From a virus (Duplodnaviria; Heunggongvirae; Uroviricota; Caudoviricetes), in IMG/VR virus record IMGVR_UViG_2675903289_000016: a stretch of DNA of 4,481 bases. One strand, written 5' to 3'. Under the pieces are notes generated by a model, which searched no databases, was not told the origin of the DNA, and saw nothing but the letters and a program-made list of their open reading frames with translations. This document shows, piece by piece, positions 1 to 4,481 of this stretch (position 1 is the first letter of the stretch; the number at the start of each line of letters is the position of its first letter). The position numbers and the translations under genes are program-made.

Positions 1-11
1 CTACTGTCCAT
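1..11 (-). CDS. Probable start of a further minus-strand gene running off the window (only M-D-S visible)
   Basis: On the minus strand, AAGGAG (plus 19-24) lies 7 nt upstream of the ATG at 11..9, in a different frame from ORF 1-198. Same initiation-region pattern as gam (AATAAGGAGAAAGATAATGG vs AATAAGGAAAAACAAAATGG). Confidence 0.3.
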
Positions 12-198
12 TATCTTTCTCCTTATTCAGTCTTCTGCGGCATTCGGCACAGTCATCAGGGCTTTCAAATGTATCCGGCTCGCGATTATGAGCCAGATAT
101 AACCACCGCCCACATATACTGATATTTTCACCTGTTTTAAAAAAATGATGCTTCTTAGCCATCAATGGCCGCGCCCATCCAGCGGGTAGACTATTCAT
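1..198 (-). CDS. Small Cys/His-containing hypothetical protein (65 aa)
   Basis: ATG at 196-198 with a GGAGGA RBS 8 nt upstream, lying inside the 3' end of the preceding gene; stop TAG at 1-3. Has C29, C50, C53 and H17/H18/H37 (HH…C…H…CxxC-like spacing). Confidence 0.5.
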   Translation of the reverse strand: MNSLPAGWARPLMAKKHHFFKTGENISICGRWLYLAHNREPDTFESPDDCAECRRRLNKEKDNGQ

Positions 199-565
199 TA
201 GCTTTATCCTCCATGCTGGACAGAATCATATGTATTAATGTCGGGCGTGGAGATATACGCATTTCATTAAGCGTCTGAAGGGCAGCAACAGCAGCCATTT
301 TATCGGTGCCTCTGGCAATTTCTGCAAGAGAATGCACAATCCATAACGGACTTAACGCTACGGCTGAATCCAGAATCATGTCATCCATAATAATTTCTGG
401 CACATCCCGTTTGTCACATTCTTTATCCATAAAAGAAACGATTTTTTCCGCATCTTCCGGTTTCATACCTCCGGCGATAAGAATTTTACGATATTCATAA
501 GACGTTCTTAATTCAATGCTCATATTCATCTCCTGTAACTCTGACAAGGACGTGATTTTTCTCAT
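191..565 (-). CDS. Hypothetical protein (124 aa; alternative start gives 110 aa)
   Basis: ATG at 563-565 is coupled to the upstream stop. An internal ATG at 521-523 has a stronger AGGAG RBS 6 nt upstream. Stop TAG at 191-193. About 40% GC by hand count. No HTH or catalytic motif recognised. Confidence 0.5.
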   Translation of the reverse strand: MRKITSLSELQEMNMSIELRTSYEYRKILIAGGMKPEDAEKIVSFMDKECDKRDVPEIIMDDMILDSAVALSPLWIVHSLAEIARGTDKMAAVAALQTLNEMRISPRPTLIHMILSSMEDKANE

Positions 566-756
566 TTACGCCTNTTACGCCTCCCGGAAATACGAATGTA
601 TATACCGATGAGAAAATCCATAATAAACAGGAAGAGCGACATCCTGATAAAGAACCAAATGTCAGGCATAATGGACAGGTTTCCTGTAATCGCAAATATA
701 AAACCAGTCCCCCACACTGGAACGATAATTGCGAAAAATACAAGTCTCTTTATCAT
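562..756 (-). CDS. Small membrane protein (64 aa), two predicted transmembrane helices and a polybasic C-terminal tail
   Basis: ATG at 754-756 with a GGGAG RBS. Two hydrophobic stretches (LVFFAIIVPVWGTGFIFAI and IWFFIRMSLFLFIMDFLIGIYI) followed by GRR(K/N)RRK. The ambiguous base at 574 falls in this tail. Stop TGA at 562-564 overlaps the next ATG. Confidence 0.5.
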   Translation of the reverse strand: MIKRLVFFAIIVPVWGTGFIFAITGNLSIMPDIWFFIRMSLFLFIMDFLIGIYIRISGRRXRRK

Positions 757-1304
757 GGCGTTAACTCCCGTAATACAGCGTCCTCGGCGGTCCGTCGACG
801 GTAATAAACAGCGTGAGCAGAATGTTCAGATATGCCAAACTTTTCGCCAATTTCCCGGAATGACAGACGGCGAGGGTAATCGGAATCCCGTAGTGCACGT
901 ATAAGACGAACATCCTCATCAGATATACGTGTGCCGGGGCGTAACTCACCGCACTTTGTTAATCCGGCACCAATCATTCCTGCGCGGCACCTGACAGAGT
1001 CTTTATTACGTCCGAGATAATCCCCCATTTGCTGGCAGGTCATTGTCCGGGCATTTTTTCGGATAAATTTATCTTCATCAGGTGTAAATCGCGGTCGTTT
1101 ATATTTCAGCAACTCCGGGTATGTACTGCGCAATACGCCAGTCCGGTTATATACGGCCCAGACACTTCTTTTTATTCTGGCGGCAATATCCTTAACCGGG
1201 GTGGAGGAATAAAGCGCAATCAGCAGCGCATCTTCTTCAGGTGTCCACGGGCGGACATGAGCAGGTGCACGACCTTTTCGCCCCATGGGTTGTAATTTCA
1301 TCAT
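753..1304 (-). CDS. Putative DNA-binding regulator (183 aa) with three HTH-like repeats; C-terminal repeat resembles the Mor/C activator HTH
   Basis: Starts ATG ATG (1302-1304, 1299-1301) after GGGGGTGA. Three repeats begin WTPEEDALLIALY, FTPDEDKFIRKNA and ISDEDVRLIRALR. The last continues RRLSFREIGEKFGISEHSAHAVYYRRR, which matches the Mu Mor pattern LIRDLR…SELTTRYGVTFNTVYKAIRRMRR as I recall it. Stop TGA at 753-755 overlaps the next ATG. Confidence 0.55.
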   Translation of the reverse strand: MMKLQPMGRKGRAPAHVRPWTPEEDALLIALYSSTPVKDIAARIKRSVWAVYNRTGVLRSTYPELLKYKRPRFTPDEDKFIRKNARTMTCQQMGDYLGRNKDSVRCRAGMIGAGLTKCGELRPGTRISDEDVRLIRALRDSDYPRRLSFREIGEKFGISEHSAHAVYYRRRTAEDAVLRELTP

Positions 1305-1307
1305 GCA

Positions 1308-1823
1308 TCACCCCCTGACTCGCTTTTCAGCAGCATAAAACTCATCAGACAGAATTTCGGTCATTTTCTGTTTTGCGGGTTTTACGCCACACTCAAGGTA
1401 AATCACATCGTCAACGCAGAACCACTTCACAGGGCCAAACAGGATTGCCGAGAAATCAATGCCCAGCCAGAACAACAGGGCATCGGTCCTAGCATACGTG
1501 ACGGGCGAATATTCACGCCACAGACTGTTAAGTTCGTCAGAGGCAGCGCGCAGGGCTTTGGGAATACGAGATGTGCGCGGCGTGCAGCTCCAGCCATTCG
1601 ACGCAGTTGGTTTTCGCCATAAGTCGCGATGAAAAGGATATTTGTCATCCGTAAAACGCAGCCCCTTAAAACAAAAACCACTGATACTGAATTCAAATAC
1701 CGACCGGCACTCAACATTCAGCACGGCCTCAAGGCGTTTTGCCTCATCCTTAACTTTCTGGCAGTCCTGCTGGTATTTTTGCCACGCAGCCAGCGCGGAA
1801 GGGTTTGATGTTTTAAAGAACAT
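1308..1823 (-). CDS. Hypothetical protein (171 aa); sits where GemA lies relative to Mor in Mu, but the sequence is not recognised
   Basis: ATG at 1821-1823 with a strong GGAGGTG RBS 5 nt upstream; stop TGA at 1308-1310, 3 nt before the next start. About 55% GC. Confidence 0.6.
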   Translation of the reverse strand: MFFKTSNPSALAAWQKYQQDCQKVKDEAKRLEAVLNVECRSVFEFSISGFCFKGLRFTDDKYPFHRDLWRKPTASNGWSCTPRTSRIPKALRAASDELNSLWREYSPVTYARTDALLFWLGIDFSAILFGPVKWFCVDDVIYLECGVKPAKQKMTEILSDEFYAAEKRVRG

Positions 1824-2102
1824 TACGCCACCTCCGCAGATATCCCGGCAGGCGCTGCTGTCCGGTCAACAATCAGGTAGCGCAGAACATGTTCAGTGAT
1901 ATTCCAGCCGCTTAAACCGCAGATAATGACGCCCAGGCGTATGTCGATATACGCCATCACAAACTGGGGCACGCCTTCTTTCATGGCCTGCTCATCAACT
2001 TCAGCCACCACATAAACGGTTTCACAGGTCAGAACGCCCTGAGCAAATTCCCACGCCATCGACGGAATATCATGCCCCTCAATCCATGGCAGGGATTTTC
2101 TG
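1823..2102 (-). CDS. 3' part of a hypothetical protein whose 5' end lies inside the N gap
   Basis: The called ORF starts at the ATG at 2057-2059, but the same frame stays open upstream (…EKSLPWIEGHDIPS-MAWEF…) right up to the N boundary at 2102. Stop TAA at 1823-1825 overlaps the next gene's ATG (TAATG). Confidence 0.5.
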
Positions 2103-2594
2103 NNNNNNNNNNNNNNNNNNNNNNNNNNNNNNNNNNNNNNNNNNNNNNNNNNNNNNNNNNNNNNNNNNNNNNNNNNNNNNNNNNNNNNNNNNNNNNNNNN
2201 NNNNNNNNNNNNNNNNNNNNNNNNNNNNNNNNNNNNNNNNNNNNNNNNNNNNNNNNNNNNNNNNNNNNNNNNNNNNNNNNNNNNNNNNNNNNNNNNNNNN
2301 NNNNNNNNNNNNNNNNNNNNNNNNNNNNNNNNNNNNNNNNNNNNNNNNNNNNNNNNNNNNNNNNNNNNNNNNNNNNNNNNNNNNNNNNNNNNNNNNNNNN
2401 NNNNNNNNNNNNNNNNNNNNNNNNNNNNNNNNNNNNNNNNNNNNNNNNNNNNNNNNNNNNNNNNNNNNNNNNNNNNNNNNNNNNNNNNNNNNNNNNNNNN
2501 NNNNNNNNNNNNNNNNNNNNNNNNNNNNNNNNNNNNNNNNNNNNNNNNNNNNNNNNNNNNNNNNNNNNNNNNNNNNNNNNNNNNNNNNNNNNNN
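2103..2594. other. Run of 492 N (assembly gap or masked sequence)
   Basis: Uninterrupted n from 2103 to 2594. The length is a multiple of 3. The six-frame ORFs 2072-2671 and 2086-2643 exist only because N translates to X. Confidence 0.99.
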
Positions 2595-2600
2595 GCGGTG

Positions 2601-3131
2601 TTATTTATTCAGTCCGGCGTCCTGTTCAAAAGGCTCGACATAAAAACTTTCAGCGCCTTTATTCACCTTGATACCGGCAATGCCTTTCACAGCATCCGGC
2701 TCCGCCAGGACGGCTTCCTTGTTCACTTCCTCTTTCGTGCGGATGAAACGCTCAAGCCCCATACGGCGCAGCATTTCAATCACACCTTCCACATCACGGC
2801 TGACGCTGCATGATGGCGTTCCCAGCCGCCATGACACCGTTCCGGTGGTCAGATTGGCTGTTTTGGTTTTGCCGCCGTTCGTCAGCTCATCACGGTTGGT
2901 TTTGCACCAGTCCTGAATCCCTTTAAAAAGCACTTTGATTTGCTTTTTAAGATTTTCAATCTGCGGCGTATAACGGGCGGTGATTTCTGCCACTTCGTCA
3001 TTCATCGCCGTTTCCAGGCGCAGCGCCTCTCGCTGAATATCTCCCAGGGTGCGGATATCACGGCTGACTTCTTCCCGGGTCTGCGGTGCCGCCTCGGCTG
3101 CGGCCTTTAATTTTGTAATGCGTTTAGCCAT
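2601..3131 (-). CDS. gam: Mu-type Gam, host-nuclease inhibitor / dsDNA-end-binding protein (176 aa)
   Basis: ATG at 3129-3131 with an AAGGA RBS about 10 nt upstream; stop TAA at 2601-2603. The translation carries the motifs I recall from phage Mu Gam: N-terminal MAK, NRDELTNGGKxKTANLxTGxVSWR, RFxRTKxExNKEAxLxEP and PFEQxAG near the C-terminus, at the same length (Mu Gam is about 174 aa). Recalled, not searched. Confidence 0.85.
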   Translation of the reverse strand: MAKRITKLKAAAEAAPQTREEVSRDIRTLGDIQREALRLETAMNDEVAEITARYTPQIENLKKQIKVLFKGIQDWCKTNRDELTNGGKTKTANLTTGTVSWRLGTPSCSVSRDVEGVIEMLRRMGLERFIRTKEEVNKEAVLAEPDAVKGIAGIKVNKGAESFYVEPFEQDAGLNK

Positions 3132-3142
3132 TTTGTTTTTCC

Positions 3143-3436
3143 TTATTGCAGTGTGCCTGATGCTTTATGCACGCGGTGGCGTTTAATGATGGCATCCGCT
3201 CCAAAAGACTGTGCAGATGCCTGAAATTCCGCTGAGAGAAACTGAATAATTGCAGGACTGTGATACTGGAGAATACTTGCATAAACGTCACAGAGTGACG
3301 TCGGCCTGTTATCCGTATCACGTTCTGTTTTCACATCCACTCCAATCTTTTCATGCACTTCAACACAGTCATTGCCTGCCAACTTTTCGTCATGCGAAAC
3401 ATGATTAAATTCAAAAATAACGCGTACTTTGCTCAT
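3143..3436 (-). CDS. Small hypothetical protein (97 aa from the MSKV start), paralog B of a tandem pair
   Basis: The longest ORF reaches 3463, but the ATG at 3434-3436 has a GGGG(T) RBS, lies 4 nt after the upstream stop, and gives MSKVRVIFEF, matching paralog A. Stop TAA at 3143-3145. About 44% GC. Confidence 0.6.
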   Translation of the reverse strand: MSKVRVIFEFNHVSHDEKLAGNDCVEVHEKIGVDVKTERDTDNRPTSLCDVYASILQYHSPAIIQFLSAEFQASAQSFGADAIIKRHRVHKASGTLQ

Positions 3437-3440
3437 GGAA

Positions 3441-3713
3441 TTACCCCTGTTGATTAAATTCATTACCGTTAATAACCCCGGAAGCCATGCCTCTGTCTTT
3501 CATGAATGCACTGGCTTTCATTGCCACAAACTCTGCGAAGTTTCTGCTTTCTGCCAGCATAACCACCCCAAAAATCATGGCGGGTCCATTATCTTTCTTC
3601 TTTATTCCGGTTGAACGTATATCCAGACTTACCCCTCTGTGCGTGCTGCCATCAGAGTTTTTGCAGATAACATCTTCCTTGTATTCGAAAATAATGCGTA
3701 CGACTTTACTCAT
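3441..3713 (-). CDS. Small hypothetical protein (90 aa), paralog A of a tandem pair
   Basis: ATG at 3711-3713 preceded by GAGGA; stop TAA at 3441-3443. N-terminus MSKVVRIIFEY and C-terminal AEFVAMKASAF segment match the downstream gene. About 43% GC. Confidence 0.6.
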   Translation of the reverse strand: MSKVVRIIFEYKEDVICKNSDGSTHRGVSLDIRSTGIKKKDNGPAMIFGVVMLAESRNFAEFVAMKASAFMKDRGMASGVINGNEFNQQG

Positions 3714-3991
3714 CCTCTGGTCCTCGTTCTGTTTGGATAACTGACCCGGCGTCTAACCTCACGGCAGAACCGAATCATGGCATTAAAGGCTTCTTCCTCC
3801 GTCACCGCTTCCGGTATCCCCGGAACCAGTAACTGCTCCTGTTCATCACGTCCATGACGCGCCATAACCTCAATCACATGCCGTACCGTGGCAGGCTTTC
3901 CGGCAACTATCGGCAATGCACCTTCCGGCAGGACGTAACCAAACTCAATAAGACCACTCGACCACGCCCATGCAATGAGATTTTTTTTCAC
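3710..3991 (-). CDS. Hypothetical protein (93 aa), GTG start
   Basis: Minus-strand ORF whose first codon is GTG (plus 3989-3991 = cac), preceded by GGGAGGTG. Codons 2-4 form an A8 run (plus T8 at 3981-3988). Stop TGA at 3710-3712 overlaps the next start (ATGA). About 53% GC. Confidence 0.5.
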   Translation of the reverse strand: MKKNLIAWAWSSGLIEFGYVLPEGALPIVAGKPATVRHVIEVMARHGRDEQEQLLVPGIPEAVTEEEAFNAMIRFCREVRRRVSYPNRTRTRG

Positions 3992-3992
3992 C

Positions 3993-4247
3993 TCACACCT
4001 CCCAGTAAACCGTGCAGCCGCTGATGCGGGTGGCCTTCACACGGCGGCGCAGGCCGTTGGTCTGTATGGTGATTTCAATTTCACCGGTTCCCTGCACGTT
4101 GCCTACCGGCGGCGTGGTTTTCAGTGCAAAACGTTGCGGATAGCGCTTACTGCGTTCCAGTACCGCACCGGCAAGTTCGGTCAGACGGCGCGCGCTGTTC
4201 AGGGAGTCGAATAAATTCATTTTGTTACCGCAGGATTGCATATTCAT
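3993..4247 (-). CDS. Hypothetical protein (about 84 aa; the longest ORF reaches 4259)
   Basis: Minus-strand ORF with stop TGA at 3993-3995. A GAGGTG Shine-Dalgarno sits inside the first codons of the longest ORF, so the start is more likely the ATG at 4245-4247 (or 4239-4241) than 4257-4259. About 55% GC. Confidence 0.5.
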   Translation of the reverse strand: MNMQSCGNKMNLFDSLNSARRLTELAGAVLERSKRYPQRFALKTTPPVGNVQGTGEIEITIQTNGLRRRVKATRISGCTVYWEV

Positions 4248-4259
4248 ATAACACCTCAT

Positions 4260-4481
4260 TTAGCTGACTTGTTTCGCACCAACAGAACGGCATATTCCGC
4301 TGTAAACTTCTGTCGCACCTTCGCGATCAAGTCCGGCAGATATCACCATTCGTGTGCGGTCATTAAATTCAAAAAGTAAATCGCCACATTCTTTATTTTC
4401 GGCCAGTGAAATCACCTTCACGTTATCGAAATTAACCAGGTAAAAGCGTCCGTAAATATCAGGAATATTAAATACCGCCAT
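4260..4481 (-). CDS. Hypothetical small protein (73 aa as drawn); ATG lies exactly at the window edge so the true start may be further upstream
   Basis: Minus-strand ORF from ATG at 4479-4481 to TAA at 4260-4262. AT-rich (about 42% GC by hand count) compared with its downstream neighbour. Contains the exact 14-mer attaaattcaaaaa (4362-4375), also present at 3404-3417, encoding FEFN in both genes. Confidence 0.5.
   Translation of the reverse strand: MAVFNIPDIYGRFYLVNFDNVKVISLAENKECGDLLFEFNDRTRMVISAGLDREGATEVYSGICRSVGAKQVS

Noticed and set aside
191-565. ORF 191-565 as the Mor/C-type activator, or as an endolysin paired with the upstream membrane protein
   Set aside because: No HTH resembling Mor/C and no recognisable lysozyme, amidase or peptidase motif; the Mor-like HTH is instead in 753-1304.
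513-1717. Minus-strand alternative-frame ORFs 513-743, 761-949 and 1427-1717
   Set aside because: Each is fully embedded out of frame within a longer, better-supported minus-strand gene.
2072-2671. Plus-strand ORFs 2072-2671 and 2086-2643 (199 and 185 aa, mostly X)
   Set aside because: They exist only because the N run contains no stop codons; there is no real sequence support.
3124-3321. Minus-strand ORF 3124-3321, whose C-terminus (CNKEKQNG) resembles that of ORF 1-198 (NKEKDNGQ)
   Set aside because: The resemblance comes from reading through two similar RBS/initiation regions (AATAAGGA…ATGG) in another frame; the ORF overlaps the gam start and paralog B and is not a separate gene.
3971-3991. 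T8 run at 3981-3988 as a Rho-independent terminator
   Set aside because: No GC-rich hairpin precedes it on either strand, and it lies in the first codons of a gene with a strong RBS.
306-4214. Plus-strand ORFs 306-500, 596-904, 1029-1295, 1642-1899, 2598-2813, 2668-2916, 3429-3614, 3487-3744 and 3975-4214
   Set aside because: All lie antisense to minus-strand genes that have good RBSs and coupled junctions; none has a convincing RBS or recognisable product. Most likely shadow ORFs.
1-4481. CRISPR arrays, tRNA or rRNA genes, IS elements, Mu terminal repeats
   Set aside because: No regularly spaced direct repeats, no tRNA-like or rRNA-like segments, no terminal inverted repeats and no transposase-sized ORF were found by eye in the window.

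Overview
The window is a single minus-strand block of at least 12 tightly packed small genes, most with start/stop overlaps (ATGA, TAATG), interrupted by a 492-nt N-masked gap (2103-2594) and one ambiguous base (574). The only product I recognise with reasonable confidence is a phage Mu-type Gam (host-nuclease inhibitor, DNA-end-binding) at 2601-3131. Together with a downstream protein whose C-terminus resembles the Mor/C activator HTH, this reads best as the early 'semi-essential' region of a Mu-like transposable prophage in a roughly 50% GC (enterobacterial-type) genome, transcribed from high to low coordinates. No rRNA, tRNA, CRISPR array, IS element or convincing plus-strand gene is visible. 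The most interesting signals are: the masked gap hides the start of a gene immediately downstream of gam; two diverged tandem paralogous AT-rich small genes sit just upstream of gam, with a possible third relative at the window edge; a 183-aa protein is built from three HTH-like repeats; and a 64-aa two-helix membrane protein carries a polybasic tail encoded by a 9-bp tandem duplication. All functional calls other than Gam are inference from sequence features and recall; no database search was run.
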